From an uncultured Chloroflexia bacterium (GTDB taxonomy: Bacteria; Chloroflexota; Limnocylindria; Limnocylindrales; CSP1-4): DNA of 64,000 bases. This document shows, piece after piece, positions 43,055-54,025 of the stretch. Position 1 is the first letter of the stretch, and each line of letters begins with the position of its first letter. Location: assembly GCA_963828165.1 (NCBI GenBank), contig CAWHDR010000001.1:2144001-2208000 (forward strand). Reading direction: 5' to 3'. The translations under genes and the position numbers were made by a program. Under the pieces are notes generated by a model. It saw only the letters and a program-made list of their open reading frames with translations, was not told the origin of the DNA and did not search any database.

Positions 43055-43957
43055 TCAGCTGATGAAGTCGCCGCCGGTGACCGGAAGCACCGCTCCGGTG
43101 ATGTAGCTCGCTGCGGGGGAGGCAAGGAACACGAATGCTCCTGCCAGCTCAGCTGGCTGCGCGGGTCGTCCGAAGCCGCTTCCGGCGCCGAACTGGGTCA
43201 GCTCCTCCGGATCGGTGGTGGTGGCCACCAGGGGCGTCCAGACGGGGCCGGGCGCCACGACGTTCACCCGGATCCCGCGTGGGGCCAGCATCTTCGAAAG
43301 CCCCTTCGAGAAGGTGATCAGAGCCCCCTTGGTCGTGGCATAGGCAAGGAGCGACGGCGACGGTTGGGCGGCCTGGATGGAACTGACGTTGATGATCGAG
43401 GCGCCCGGTTCCATCACGGTCGCGGCCTCGCGGCACAGCCAGAACGTGGCCGTCAGGTTGGTGCGCAGGATGCCCTCCCACTCCTCGGTCGTGATCTCCT
43501 CGATCTGAAGTCGCTTGCGTTGCGTCGCCGCATTGTTGACCAGGATGTCGATCCCGCCGAAGTCCTCGCGGGCCCGCTCGACGAGCTGCCGGCAGTGGTC
43601 CTCGTCCTGCAGGTCGCCTCCAACCGCGATCGCCCGGCGTCCCGCGGCTTCGACGAGCCGCACCGTGGCGGCTGCATCGTCGTCCTCGCTCCGGTACGAG
43701 ACGAGGACATCCGCGCCCTCGCGGGCAAAGGCGATCGCGACGGCGCGGCCGATGCCACTGTCCGACCCCGTGATCAGGGCACGCAGCCCGGCAAGCCGCC
43801 CCGCCCCGACGTAGGAGTCCTCCCCGTGGTCGGGTCGCGGGTCGATTTCGTCGACATCGCCGGACTGCGGCTCGCGCTGCCGCGGAAACGGGGGACGAGC
43901 GTAGGCGTTGCGAGGGTCGACGAGCTCACGCTTCGTCGTCGCGTCGGGTTTGGGCAT
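43055..43957 (-). CDS. SDR oxidoreductase (YghA/YdaD-like)
   Basis: PDHGEDSY, ALITGSDSGIG, LVNNAA, YATTK, VAPGPVWTP. Confidence 0.92.
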   Translation of the reverse strand: MPKPDATTKRELVDPRNAYARPPFPRQREPQSGDVDEIDPRPDHGEDSYVGAGRLAGLRALITGSDSGIGRAVAIAFAREGADVLVSYRSEDDDAAATVRLVEAAGRRAIAVGGDLQDEDHCRQLVERAREDFGGIDILVNNAATQRKRLQIEEITTEEWEGILRTNLTATFWLCREAATVMEPGASIINVSSIQAAQPSPSLLAYATTKGALITFSKGLSKMLAPRGIRVNVVAPGPVWTPLVATTTDPEELTQFGAGSGFGRPAQPAELAGAFVFLASPAASYITGAVLPVTGGDFIS

Positions 43958-44219
43958 CACCGCTGGTTTACCAAGACTGGTGTCGCAGGCGTGTGTGCGC
44001 GGACCGCGCGCGGCTTGCGGCGACGCAACGACCGGTTCGCGCATGCACCGGCCGGCGTCTACCGAGCCGCATCAGCGTTAGTGACCGTCCGGCCGATCGC
44101 TCTGCGAGATGGCTGCAATGCGTCGGAGATCGCCTTCCACACGAGCGTGCAGCCGCGTGGCCTACGGTCACGCTGCGACCAGCGATCGGGTCGCTTCTGT
44201 TTAGAGGAGCGCGTGAACT

Positions 44220-44558
44220 GTGGATCAGCCGCTGAACGAAGCCACCTCCCACCCAGCCCTCAGCCGCCTTCAGCCCGGGGAGACCGTGCAGGCCCTCGCC
44301 AAGGCCGCCACCGCCAGCCTGTTGGTCACCGATCGGCGGCTCGCGGTCGCCGATGAGGATCGGCTGGCGCTCGACATCCCGTTCGACGGCCTGCGCCGCA
44401 TCCAGTTCGACATCGAGCGGGAGCGCCCGGCGACCCTCGTGATCGTGCCCGAGCACCCGGCGCACGAACCACAGGTGATCGCCGTCCCGCCAGAACGCTT
44501 CGATGAGGTCACTCGGGCGCTCGCGCTCATCGGCGCGCGGCTCTACCAGCTCGACTGA
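44220..44558 (+). CDS. Hypothetical small protein (possible PH-like fold)
   Basis: GAGGAG RBS, coding-like codon usage, LLVTDRRL motif. Confidence 0.65.
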   Translation: MDQPLNEATSHPALSRLQPGETVQALAKAATASLLVTDRRLAVADEDRLALDIPFDGLRRIQFDIERERPATLVIVPEHPAHEPQVIAVPPERFDEVTRALALIGARLYQLD

Positions 44559-44591
44559 GCGGTTGCGCGAGCCCGCCGTACGATAGGGGCG

Positions 44592-44999
44592 TTGGATGCC
44601 CTTTTCCCGCTCCTGATCACCCTCGGTGCCATTGCCGCCGTCTGGCTGGCACTCGTCGGGCTCATCTGGCTCCACCGACCGTCCAGGGAGCTCGCCCTGC
44701 CCGCGCTGCGGACACTGCCAGACATCCTCCGGCTCGCCCGTCGGCTGCTGGTCGATCCGCGCACGCCGACACGCCATCGCGTCGGCCTTATCGTCCTGAT
44801 CGTCTGGCTCGTCAGTCCCATCGACCTGCTGCCGGAGTTTCTCCCCGGCATCGGCCCGCTCGACGACATCGTGGCTACCGCAGTGATCCTGGGTTGGATC
44901 GGTCGTGGTACCGGCCGCGGCCGATTGCAGGAGCACTGGCCGGGCGACGCCGCGGGCTTCAGGGTCATGACACGGTTGCTGCGACTCCCCGCGGAGTAA
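44592..44999 (+). CDS. DUF1232 (YkvA) family membrane protein
   Basis: VSPIDLLPEFLPGIGPLDD; TACGAT -10 before the TTG. Confidence 0.88.
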   Translation: MDALFPLLITLGAIAAVWLALVGLIWLHRPSRELALPALRTLPDILRLARRLLVDPRTPTRHRVGLIVLIVWLVSPIDLLPEFLPGIGPLDDIVATAVILGWIGRGTGRGRLQEHWPGDAAGFRVMTRLLRLPAE

Positions 45000-45024
45000 C
45001 CTCGAGTCCAGGACGCCAGGTGGT

Positions 45025-45101
45025 TGGGGTGGCCTACGGGGCTCGAACCCGTAACCTCTGGAGCCACAATCCAGTGCTCTGCCCATTGAGCTAAGGCCAC
45101 C
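45025..45101 (-). tRNA. tRNA-His (GUG)
   Basis: GGTGGCCTTAGCTCAATGGGCAGAGCACTGGATTGTGGCTCCAGAGGTTACGGGTTCGAGCCCCGTAGGCCACCCCA; G-1:C73 pair, GTG anticodon, encoded CCA. Confidence 0.97.
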
Positions 45102-45196
45102 GCGGGCGTTCGTCCGTGGCGGTGCGCGCGTGCGCGGGTGGACGAAGCCTGCGGAGTATATCGAAGGCGCTTGGAGCCGACGTCGAAAGGGGTCAG

Positions 45197-46858
45197 ATGG
45201 CCATGAACCCGAAAGCCGGCAAGCCGGTGGATCCCTCGTCGCTGGTCGATGTCGACGCGCTCGTCGGCGCCTACTACGACACGACGCCCGATCCGGGCGA
45301 TCCGGCGCAGCGGGTCGCGTTCGGGACGTCCGGCCACCGCGGCTCGGCGTTCCGTGGCGCATTCAACGAAGCCCACATCCTCGCTATCACCGAGGCGATC
45401 TGCCGGTACCGGGCTACGCGCGGATACACGGGGTCGCTGTTCCTCGGGCGCGACACCCACGCGCTCTCCGAGCCGGCGACGCGGACGGCGCTTCAGGTCC
45501 TCGTCGCAAACGGCGTCGACGTGCGTGTCGATGCCGTCGACGGCTTCACCCCGACCCCGGCGCTGTCCCACGCGATCATCGTCGCGAATCGGCCGGCGGA
45601 CAGCTGGCGGCGACTGGCGGACGGGATCGTGGTCACGCCGTCGCACAACCCACCCGACGACGGCGGCTTCAAGTACAACCCGCCAAACGGCGGCCCGGCG
45701 GACACGGAGGTCACGCGCTGGATCCAGGACGAGGCCAACCGCATCCTCGAGGCGTCCGGGACCGACGGGGTGGCAGGGATCAAGCGGGTCTCGGATGTCG
45801 ATGCACGCGTCCGCGCGACGCCGTACGACTTCATGGGCATCTACGTCGCGGACCTCGACGCCGTGATCGACATGAACGCCATCGCGGCGTCGGGATTGCG
45901 GATCGGGGTGGACCCGATGGGCGGTGCGTCGGTGCGGTACTGGGGCGCCATCGCGGAGCGCTACGACCTGGACCTGACGGTCACCAACGACAGGGTCGAC
46001 CCGCAGTTCGGATTCATGACCGCCGATTGGGACGGCAAGATCCGGATGGACCCGTCGTCACCGCATGCCATGGCCCGCCTCGTCGCCCTGCGCGACGAGT
46101 TCGACATCGCGCTCGGCAACGACGCGGATGCCGACCGACATGGCGTGGTCACGCCAAAGGCCGGACTACTCAACCCGAACCACTTCCTGTCCGCGGCGAT
46201 CGCCTACCTGTTCGGGGGAGCACGCGGCTGGGGCAGCGAGGTGGCGATCGGCAAGACGCTCGTATCGTCGTCGATGATCGATCTCGTGGCAGCCGACGCG
46301 GACCGGCGCCTCATCGAGGTCCCCGTCGGGTTCAAGTGGTTCGTGGACGGGCTCGTCGACGGGTCGCTCGGATTCGGTGGCGAGGAGAGCGCCGGCGCCT
46401 CGTTCCTGCGGCGCGATGGCACGGTCTGGACGACCGACAAGGACGGGATCATCGCCGACCTGCTCGCGTGCGAGCTGACCGCGCAGACCGGGCGCGACCC
46501 CGGCGAGGCGTATCACGAGCTCACCGAGCGGTTCGGCGTCTCGCCGGCGTACCGGCGGATCGACGCGAAGGCGACGCCGGCCGAGAAAGCCGCGCTCGGC
46601 CGGCTGACGCCCGACGCGGTGACTGCGGCGACGCTCGCCGGCGATCCCGTCACGGCGATCCTGACCGAGGCCCCGGGGAATGGCGCGCCCATCGGTGGCT
46701 TGAAGGTCACCACGGGCCACGGGTGGTTCGCCGCCCGCCCGTCCGGCACCGAGGACGTCTACAAGGTGTACGCCGAGAGCTTCCGAGGCGAGGAGCACCT
46801 CGAGAGACTCATCGAGGAGGCCCAGGCCCTCGTCTCGGCGACGGTGGCCGGGGCCTGA
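45197..46858 (+). CDS. pgm: Phosphoglucomutase (alpha-D-glucose-1,6-bisphosphate dependent)
   Basis: [41 protein letters not shown]. Confidence 0.95.
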   Translation: MAMNPKAGKPVDPSSLVDVDALVGAYYDTTPDPGDPAQRVAFGTSGHRGSAFRGAFNEAHILAITEAICRYRATRGYTGSLFLGRDTHALSEPATRTALQVLVANGVDVRVDAVDGFTPTPALSHAIIVANRPADSWRRLADGIVVTPSHNPPDDGGFKYNPPNGGPADTEVTRWIQDEANRILEASGTDGVAGIKRVSDVDARVRATPYDFMGIYVADLDAVIDMNAIAASGLRIGVDPMGGASVRYWGAIAERYDLDLTVTNDRVDPQFGFMTADWDGKIRMDPSSPHAMARLVALRDEFDIALGNDADADRHGVVTPKAGLLNPNHFLSAAIAYLFGGARGWGSEVAIGKTLVSSSMIDLVAADADRRLIEVPVGFKWFVDGLVDGSLGFGGEESAGASFLRRDGTVWTTDKDGIIADLLACELTAQTGRDPGEAYHELTERFGVSPAYRRIDAKATPAEKAALGRLTPDAVTAATLAGDPVTAILTEAPGNGAPIGGLKVTTGHGWFAARPSGTEDVYKVYAESFRGEEHLERLIEEAQALVSATVAGA

Positions 46859-46966
46859 GACCGCCGTGTCATACGCCTGTCACGGACGCAGGCCGTCGCG
46901 TAGGCCCGTCTCGCTGCAGCTCGTGGGACGTTATGCCCAGTCAGAATCCGCCGAGGAGTGGTCGAC

Positions 46967-47299
46967 ATGAGCGATGACGTGCGCGAGCGTGACCCCCAGC
47001 GCGACCAGGGTGACGTCCCGCTTGAGGACGGGATCCGCAGCGATCCGGCCGGCGCCGGGGCCGGGGTGGTGGGGCCTGCGCCGGGCGGAGGCGATCCCGA
47101 GAACGTGGCGCAGAGTCCGGCCGGCGATCCCGAGCCGCCATCCGGGGCAGGGAAGACCGCAGGTGGTGGGTACGGATCGGGAAGCGACCGCCAGTCATCC
47201 GGCGGGACGGGCGAGGCACAGGCACCGGCCGGCGACGACGCCCAGACCGACTGGCTGCGGAGCACGGGCGACGCTCCGCCCGGATCGGAAGGACGCTGA
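46967..47299 (+). CDS. Small acidic Gly/Pro-rich low-complexity hypothetical protein
   Basis: GAGGAG RBS before the ATG; fills the gap between pgm and the SDR gene. Confidence 0.55.
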   Translation: MSDDVRERDPQRDQGDVPLEDGIRSDPAGAGAGVVGPAPGGGDPENVAQSPAGDPEPPSGAGKTAGGGYGSGSDRQSSGGTGEAQAPAGDDAQTDWLRSTGDAPPGSEGR

Positions 47300-47305
47300 C
47301 GCCGA

Positions 47306-48013
47306 TCAGCTCCGGTTGTAGAGGGGGATCCGCGCCCCGTTGACCGCCGCCGACTCGTCCGAGGCGAGGAACCGGAAGGTGGCCGCGATCTCAGTCGGCG
47401 CCGTCCAGGACGCCTTCTTCGGGTCGGTCGTGCGCACGCCCTTCTCGTCGATCGCCTTGACGATGACCAGGTTCACCGTGACGCCGGTGCCACCGACTTC
47501 CCGCGCCAGCGTCCGGAGCAGCACCTCCTGCGCAGCCTTGCCGATCGCGTACGGCGCCATCTTTGCGGGCGGCTCGGACGCGACCGGCGGCGAGACCGCA
47601 AGCACCCGGCCCCAGCCGCGCTCGACCATCCCGGGGATCACGGCCTGCGCCAGGTGCAGCGTCGTCCACAGGTGCTGGTCCAGCATCCCGGCGATATCGG
47701 CAGGATCCAGCTCCGCGATGGGCGTGCCCGCGGTATAGCCACCGACGAGGTGGATCAGCACGTCGACACGCTCGAAGGCCGCCTTGACCGCGTCGACCGC
47801 GGCCCGGGCGCCGTCGCGCTGACGAACGTCGCCGACGGCCGCCACCCATCGGTCGTTTGACAGGCCGAGGTCGCTCGCCACGCCGACCAGTCGATCGTTG
47901 TCCGTGCCGGCCAGGCCCAGGCGGGCGCCGGTGTCGGCGAAGACCCGCGCCGTTTCCCGGCCCAGGACGCCGGTCGCACCGGTGATGAGGACGACGCGGT
48001 CGGTGTCGGACAT
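47306..48013 (-). CDS. SDR family oxidoreductase
   Basis: VLITGATGVLG, YAIGK, GVTVN, VNGARIP. Confidence 0.9.
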   Translation of the reverse strand: MSDTDRVVLITGATGVLGRETARVFADTGARLGLAGTDNDRLVGVASDLGLSNDRWVAAVGDVRQRDGARAAVDAVKAAFERVDVLIHLVGGYTAGTPIAELDPADIAGMLDQHLWTTLHLAQAVIPGMVERGWGRVLAVSPPVASEPPAKMAPYAIGKAAQEVLLRTLAREVGGTGVTVNLVIVKAIDEKGVRTTDPKKASWTAPTEIAATFRFLASDESAAVNGARIPLYNRS

Positions 48014-48057
48014 CTCGCGAGCGAGTGTGCCACGGAGTGGCATCCGGGGTTTTGTGG

Positions 48058-48594
48058 TCAGCCGACCTGCTGGGCCCCCCGGGTCGAGGACGCGTCGATG
48101 GAGACGGTACCGCACGGTTGCAGATCGCCGAGGACGTCATCGATGGTCGCCGCATCGTCGGCGAAGACCACGGCGTTCCAGCGTTGTCCCTGATCGAGGG
48201 CGCCGGCGCTCGGCGCCAGCAGGCCGTCGCATGCACCCGTCCTTCGGACCTGTCCGGCGATCGCCCGCGTCCGATCGCGATCGAGGATCCATTCGTTGTC
48301 GAGCGGCAGGTTCAACGCTTCGCGGACGGCATCGCGGCGCAGGTCCAGCGCTCGCAAGAGCCGGAGTTCCACGCGAAGCAGGTGCGAAGTCTGCTGAAGG
48401 TCGTCCGGGTGGCGGCCTGACTCGATCAACGCGAGGCCGGGGTCGCCGCTCAGGTAGATGGTCGGCTCGCCCTCGCCGTTCCAGCGATTGGGCCGGTCGG
48501 ATCGAAGATCCAAGGCCGACGTGCTGGGCACGTCGTCAGGCCGGCACACCCACGCCATCCGTCGGGCCGGCTCGACGAGTCGCACGAGGTCCAT
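48058..48594 (-). CDS. RES domain protein (NAD+ phosphorylase/ART-like toxin family)
   Basis: NRWN...TIYLS...ALIE, GLLAPSA, NAVVF. Confidence 0.8.
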   Translation of the reverse strand: MDLVRLVEPARRMAWVCRPDDVPSTSALDLRSDRPNRWNGEGEPTIYLSGDPGLALIESGRHPDDLQQTSHLLRVELRLLRALDLRRDAVREALNLPLDNEWILDRDRTRAIAGQVRRTGACDGLLAPSAGALDQGQRWNAVVFADDAATIDDVLGDLQPCGTVSIDASSTRGAQQVG

Positions 48595-48857
48595 GCCGTG
48601 AGACTGCGTCAGCTCCGATATCGCCCGCCCGGTGCGCCCCGAAGGCTTCGGTTGCACGGCTCTTGCAGTCCCTCCAACCCGACCTGACCGCACCGGACGC
48701 ACCCGAACGCCCCACGACCGACCGGTACCGGGGGTGTTGCCCGCTTGGGACCTTCGCGTCGGAGACCCGACCGCACTCCCTGCTTACCGTGAGGACCACA
48801 CCAGAATGCCCGCCGCCGCTCCCGCGGATCGGCCGCATCCGGACTCGAAACGAGCGC

Positions 48858-49842
48858 ATGACCCTTCCTCCGAGCAGTACGACCCCGGCCTCCCGGTCGT
48901 CCGCGCGCGTCTCGCGACGGATCGCGGGACTCGTGGCGGTCGTATTCGCACTGGCCTCCGTCATGAGCCTCGCCCAACCACGATCTGCGCTCGCGTGGGA
49001 CAGCGGCGCCTACAGCGTGGCGTCTGAGAAGGACCTCATCGCGCTGACCAACCGCAGCCGCGCCAATGCCGGGCTGCGGGCGCTCAAGATCGACAGCACC
49101 CTGACCTCGGTCGCGCGCTGGCGCAGCCAAGGACATGATCCAGCGCGACTACTTCAGCCACGACATCCCGGGCTACGGCTCGGTGTTCAAGAAGCTCGAT
49201 TCAAAGGGCTACTGCTACAAGGTCGCCGGCGAGAACATCGGCTGGAACACCTACCCGGACGACACCGCGACCGCGGCGATCCACAAGATGTTCATGGATT
49301 CCTCCGGCCACCGGAAGAACATCCTGGGCCGGGCCTGGGACGTCATCGGCGTCGGGGCGTATCAGGGACCGGGCGGGAAGAAGATGTGGACCGTGCTGTT
49401 CGCGGACAAATGCGGTGGGACGGCCCCGAAGCCGACGGCGAAGCCCACGCCCAAGCCGACTGCCAAGCCCAAGCCGACCGCCAAGCCGAAGCCCGTGGTC
49501 CGGGCGACCCCCAAGCCGACCGCGAAGCCCACGCCCAAGCCGACGTCGAAGCCCACACCCAAGCCCACGCCGTCACCGACACCGTCACCGACCCCGCGGC
49601 CCCAATTCGAGGAGCCGCCCGTCCCCGAGAACAGCGGTGGCGGAAACGGCCTCGGCCCGGGCGGTCAGGGCAACGGCAACGGCCAGGGCGGCGAAAACGG
49701 CAACGGCGGCTCGTCCGGCAACGGCACGCCGCCCGGTCAGGCGGCTGGGGAGACCGGGCTCCGGATCGTCGCCTCGAACCATTCGGCCGGGCTGCTCGAG
49801 ACGATCGTCGGCGGAGTCGCCGGAGTCTTCTTCGGCGGCTGA
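48858..49842 (+). CDS. Secreted CAP/SCP domain protein with a Pro/Thr/Lys-rich tail; frameshift near 49130
   Basis: Signal peptide, [31 protein letters not shown]; KPT repeats. Confidence 0.85.
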
Positions 49843-49953
49843 CCGGCGCTCGACCAGGCCCGGTACTAGCAGGACCGTGACCATCGGGCTGCCGACCGCT
49901 GCCGACCGCACGGTTATGGTCACCCCACAAGACCGCTCCGCACCGAGGCAGAC

Positions 49954-50778
49954 ATGACCGCGCAGCTCGACACCAGCCGGGCCGACGGCGCCCCCGACCG
50001 CATGCCCGGCCCCGCGACCGTCGCGACCGGCCCGATCCTCGAAGGTCGCGCCCTGACCAAGTCCTATCCGCTTGGCGAGACGACCGTCGACGCGTTGCGC
50101 GGCGTCTCCCTGTCCGTGGCTGCCGGTGAGTTCGTCGCGCTCATGGGCCCGTCGGGCAGCGGCAAGAGCACCCTCCTGCAGCTGCTCGGCGGCCTCGACC
50201 GGCCCACGAGCGGCGAGGTGATCCTGGAGGGCGAGGTCATCAGCCAGCTTTCGGACGACCGAGCCACGCGGTTGCGCCGCGATCGGACCGGGTTCGTGTT
50301 CCAGTCCTTCAACCTGATCCCGCTCCTCGATGTGAGCGAGAACGTCGCGCTGCCGTTCACGATCGCCGGGCAAGACACCTCGCGCGGTGAGATCGCCGAG
50401 CGCATCCGCGACGTGATCGAGCTCGTCGACCTGACCGGCAAGGAGCACCACAAGCCGGACCAGCTGTCCGCGGGCGAACAGCAGCGCGTCGCGGTGGCAC
50501 GCGCGCTCGTGACCCGACCGGCGCTGCTCTTCGCGGACGAGCCGACCGGCAACCTCGACTACACGACCGGCACCGAGATCCTCGATGCGCTGTGGCGCTC
50601 GTGCGAGGAGCGTCACCAGACGATCGTGCTCGTGACCCACGACTCGAAGGCGGCGGCCTACGCGGACCGCGTACTGGTGGTCGGCGACGGGACCATCCTC
50701 GACACGATCGAGCTCGGACGTCGCCGGGACCACGACGCGGCCACCCTGATCGGTCGCCTCGCCCAGCTCGGGCTGTAG
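49954..50778 (+). CDS. ABC transporter ATP-binding protein (LolD/MacB type)
   Basis: [37 protein letters not shown]. Confidence 0.93.
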   Translation: MTAQLDTSRADGAPDRMPGPATVATGPILEGRALTKSYPLGETTVDALRGVSLSVAAGEFVALMGPSGSGKSTLLQLLGGLDRPTSGEVILEGEVISQLSDDRATRLRRDRTGFVFQSFNLIPLLDVSENVALPFTIAGQDTSRGEIAERIRDVIELVDLTGKEHHKPDQLSAGEQQRVAVARALVTRPALLFADEPTGNLDYTTGTEILDALWRSCEERHQTIVLVTHDSKAAAYADRVLVVGDGTILDTIELGRRRDHDAATLIGRLAQLGL

Positions 50779-53283
50779 ATGGCTGGCCTCAACGGCCTCG
50801 CCTGGCGTGGCCTCCGGGCCCGCCCGATGCGGACCGGCCTGACCGCCGCGGGCGTGACCCTTGGCGTCGCCGTCCTCTTCGCGGGCCTCGCCACGAACGC
50901 CGGCATCGAGACCGCCGTGGACCGAGCCGTCTCGACGATGGTCGGTCGGGCAGAACTGCGTGTTGCGGCCTTCGGCGAGATCGGCCTGTCCCAGGACACG
51001 CTGGCCACGATCGCCGGCACCCCCGGCGTGGCCGTGGTCGCGCCCGCCTTCGAGCGCCGGACCTACCTGGGCGCCGAAGCCTTTGGGCCGGGCGATCCGC
51101 TGCCCCCGCCGGTGACGATCGCCGGGATCGACCCCGCAGCCGAAGCAGCGCTGCACGACCTCACGTTGCGCGAGGGATCGGCGATGACCGGGGCCGCCAA
51201 CGACGCGCTCGTGAACGCGACGCTGGCCCGCGAGGACGGACTCGCGGTGGGCGACATCATCGACCTCGAGACCATCGAGTCACCCGTCCACCTCCGGATC
51301 GTCGGGATCCTGGCCGGCGACGGTCCCTGGGCGGGTGGTGGCGGCCGCGCCGTCATCGTGCCGCTCGAGACCGCCCAGGCGGCCTTCGCGGCGGACGGGC
51401 TCACCCGGGTCGACATCGGGACGGCGTCGCCAGCGGCGGTGACGGATGCCCTCGAGAGCACGCTCCTCAACGAACCCTACGTCCTGTCCTCGCCGCAGGA
51501 CATCGGCGCGTCGATGCGGGCGTCGACCGGGGACTTCGCCGCGACCACGGCGCTCATCGGCGCCATCGCCCTGTTCGCGGGCGCCTTCCTGATCTTCAAC
51601 ACCCTGTCGATGACCGTCGTGGAACGAGTCCGCGAGCTTGGCCTGCTCCGAGCCGCCGGCGCCTCGCGCGGACAGCTGACCTCCTACATCCTCGTCCAGG
51701 CCACGGCGATCGGCATCGTCGGATCGCTGCTGGGCGTCGCGCTCGGTGCCTTGCTCGCGGCAGGTATCGCCGCCTGGGTGCGGACGGTGGGATCGGTGGC
51801 CCTCGGCGCTCCGGTCGTGACCGTCAACAACGCCATCGCGGCGCTGGCGATCGGCATCGTCGTGACGCTCGCGGCGGCGATCGAGCCGGCTCGACGAGCC
51901 GGTCGCATCTCACCGGTGGAGGCGCTCAAGGCTCGCCTGGACCTGCCGACGGCGCGTCGGGCGCGGCTGCGCTGGCTGATCGGCGTGTTCGCGCTCGTGG
52001 GGGTCGCGGGCCTGCTCATCCTGCCGCGCGGAGCCGACGAGAGGGCCGTCGTGCGGGCCCTCGTCGTGTACGCCGTCCTGCTGGTCGTGGCGCTCGTCGT
52101 GCCGTTCATCCTGCCCGCGATGGCCCGGATCGCCGGCTGGCCGTTCGCACGCTTGGTCCGGTTCGAGGAGCGGCTGGCTCGGGCATCGCTGTTGCGCGAC
52201 CGCAGCCGCGCGGCGCTGACGGTCGGTGCCCTCACGATCGGCCTTGCGATGATCGTGGCGCTCGGCGGCGTGGGGCAGAACGCCCGGCTCGCGGCGAGTG
52301 CCTGGATCGCGGACGTCGTACCGGGTGAGCTCGTGCTCACCTCGATCTTCCCGCGTGGCCTCGACGAGCTCGAGGACGTGCTGATCACGCCGGGTGTCGC
52401 CTCGGTCAGTCCGATCGGCACGTTCGCGCTCGCCATCGATGGCGTGCGGATCGACGCTGTCGCGATGGTCGGGGCAGACCTCAAGAGCGACGGCCGGCTG
52501 CGGTTCGTCCTCGGCGGCCGCGAGCTGGCCCTCGCGGCGATCGATGTCGGCGGGGCGATGATCGTCCCGGCGGGCGTGGCAGAGCGCGACGGCCTGGGAC
52601 TCGGCCAGACGTTCGACACCACGGCCGCCGACGGTTCGGTCCTGAAGCTGCGGGTCGCCGGCATCACCGAGCGCACGCTGCCCGGCCCTGCCGGCGAAGC
52701 CGTGATCGTGGGCTGGTCCGACGCCGAGAAGCTGGGCGTCGCAGGGGCCGATGCCTTTGCCGTGCGTTTCGCTCCTTCGGCGACCGCGGCCGACCGGGCG
52801 GAGCTCGCGTCCGTGGCTCGCTCGGTCGCCCTGGAGCCGACGGCGCTCGGGCGTATCGAAGGCGCCATCGGCCAGGCGCTCGACCGCGTCTTCGGGCTGT
52901 TCGACGTGCTCGCGCTCGTCGCGGTCGTCGTCGCGGCCCTCGGCATCGTCAACACCCTCACGATGAACGTCTTCGAGCGCGTCCGCGAGATCGGCGTGCT
53001 CAGGGCGGCCGGGATGACCAGGCGCCAGGTCTGGCGGTCGGTGGTCGTCGAGGCCGGGATCACGGGGCTCGTCGGCGCGATCTGCGGCGTCGTCGCCGGT
53101 CTCCTGGTCGGTGCGTTGATGGTCGTCCTCGCCGGGGGTCGCCTGGAGCTCGCGACGGCGGTGCCCTGGCCGGCGGTGGTGGCTGCATCGGTGCTGGGCG
53201 TGGTCCTCGCGATGCTCGCGGCTGCCTATCCGGCACGGCTCGCGAGCGGCGTGTCCATCGTGCGTGCCGTCGGGTACGAATAG
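50779..53283 (+). CDS. FtsX/MacB-like ABC permease (duplicated)
   Basis: Two NTL(S/T)M..ER.RE.G.LRA.G motifs, multiple TM segments. Confidence 0.92.
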   Translation: MAGLNGLAWRGLRARPMRTGLTAAGVTLGVAVLFAGLATNAGIETAVDRAVSTMVGRAELRVAAFGEIGLSQDTLATIAGTPGVAVVAPAFERRTYLGAEAFGPGDPLPPPVTIAGIDPAAEAALHDLTLREGSAMTGAANDALVNATLAREDGLAVGDIIDLETIESPVHLRIVGILAGDGPWAGGGGRAVIVPLETAQAAFAADGLTRVDIGTASPAAVTDALESTLLNEPYVLSSPQDIGASMRASTGDFAATTALIGAIALFAGAFLIFNTLSMTVVERVRELGLLRAAGASRGQLTSYILVQATAIGIVGSLLGVALGALLAAGIAAWVRTVGSVALGAPVVTVNNAIAALAIGIVVTLAAAIEPARRAGRISPVEALKARLDLPTARRARLRWLIGVFALVGVAGLLILPRGADERAVVRALVVYAVLLVVALVVPFILPAMARIAGWPFARLVRFEERLARASLLRDRSRAALTVGALTIGLAMIVALGGVGQNARLAASAWIADVVPGELVLTSIFPRGLDELEDVLITPGVASVSPIGTFALAIDGVRIDAVAMVGADLKSDGRLRFVLGGRELALAAIDVGGAMIVPAGVAERDGLGLGQTFDTTAADGSVLKLRVAGITERTLPGPAGEAVIVGWSDAEKLGVAGADAFAVRFAPSATAADRAELASVARSVALEPTALGRIEGAIGQALDRVFGLFDVLALVAVVVAALGIVNTLTMNVFERVREIGVLRAAGMTRRQVWRSVVVEAGITGLVGAICGVVAGLLVGALMVVLAGGRLELATAVPWPAVVAASVLGVVLAMLAAAYPARLASGVSIVRAVGYE

Positions 53284-53386
53284 TCGATCTGTGGCTCGGC
53301 CGGCTGGGGGTTCGCCGGTCGCGGCGCCGGTGCTAGACTCCGGGCGTCCAGCGCGTGCCCCAGCACGACGACCCTACGGAGCCTCG

Positions 53387-54025
53387 ATGACGATCGCCAT
53401 TCCGCGGCTGGACCGCAGTACCGCCGCCGAGCGCGGCATCACCCTCGCCGACTTCCTGGTTCCGATCCGCGTCGGCGAACGCCTGGGAACCCGGATCCGG
53501 CACGTGGCGCTGATCGCCGCCGGGACGTTGTTCGTCATCCTGTGCGCCCGGATCGTCATCCCGACGACGCCCGTGCCGTTCACCGCGCAGACGTTCGGTG
53601 TCCTGGCGGTCGGAGGCGCTCTCGGCTTCCGGCGTGGGGCGGCGGCGCTCCTGCTCTACGTCGCGATCGGGGCGATCGGCATACCGGTGTACGCGCAGGA
53701 CAAGTCTGGGATCGCGATCATCCAGGGTGCCACCGGTGGCTACCTGATCGGCTTCGTCGTTGCCGCTGCGGTCGTCGGCCGCCTTGCGGAGCTTGGCTGG
53801 GACCGGCGCATCGGCGGGGCGCTGGCGGCGATGGCCATCGGCACCGCGATCATCTATGCGATCGGTGTGCCATGGCTCAAGGCGACGACCGGCCTACCGT
53901 GGGAGACCGCGGTCGCCGAAGGCATGACCAAGTTCCTCGTCTGGGACGTGGCCAAGCTGGCCGTGGCGGCCGGCATCTTCCCCGCGGCGTGGTGGCTCAT
54001 CGGCCGCCGGCCGGACGATCGCTGA
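53387..54025 (+). CDS. bioY: Biotin transporter BioY
   Basis: PVPFTAQT, GAIGIPVYA, GATGGYLIGF, IIYAIG. Confidence 0.9.
   Translation: MTIAIPRLDRSTAAERGITLADFLVPIRVGERLGTRIRHVALIAAGTLFVILCARIVIPTTPVPFTAQTFGVLAVGGALGFRRGAAALLLYVAIGAIGIPVYAQDKSGIAIIQGATGGYLIGFVVAAAVVGRLAELGWDRRIGGALAAMAIGTAIIYAIGVPWLKATTGLPWETAVAEGMTKFLVWDVAKLAVAAGIFPAAWWLIGRRPDDR

Noticed and set aside
42080-44356. Long antisense or alternate-frame ORFs (for example 758 aa here, 4315-6363, 45130-46977, 47898-49880)
   Set aside because: Shadow ORFs of high-GC genes. They are Arg/Pro/Gly-rich without motifs and overlap well-supported genes.
48600-48857. Possible riboswitch upstream of the CAP gene (also checked 28572-28843 before the M23 gene)
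   Set aside because: No recognisable c-di-AMP, c-di-GMP or other aptamer consensus by eye; only small hairpins.
49425-49600. Repetitive DNA in the CAP gene
   Set aside because: Encodes an ordinary Lys-Pro-Thr linker.
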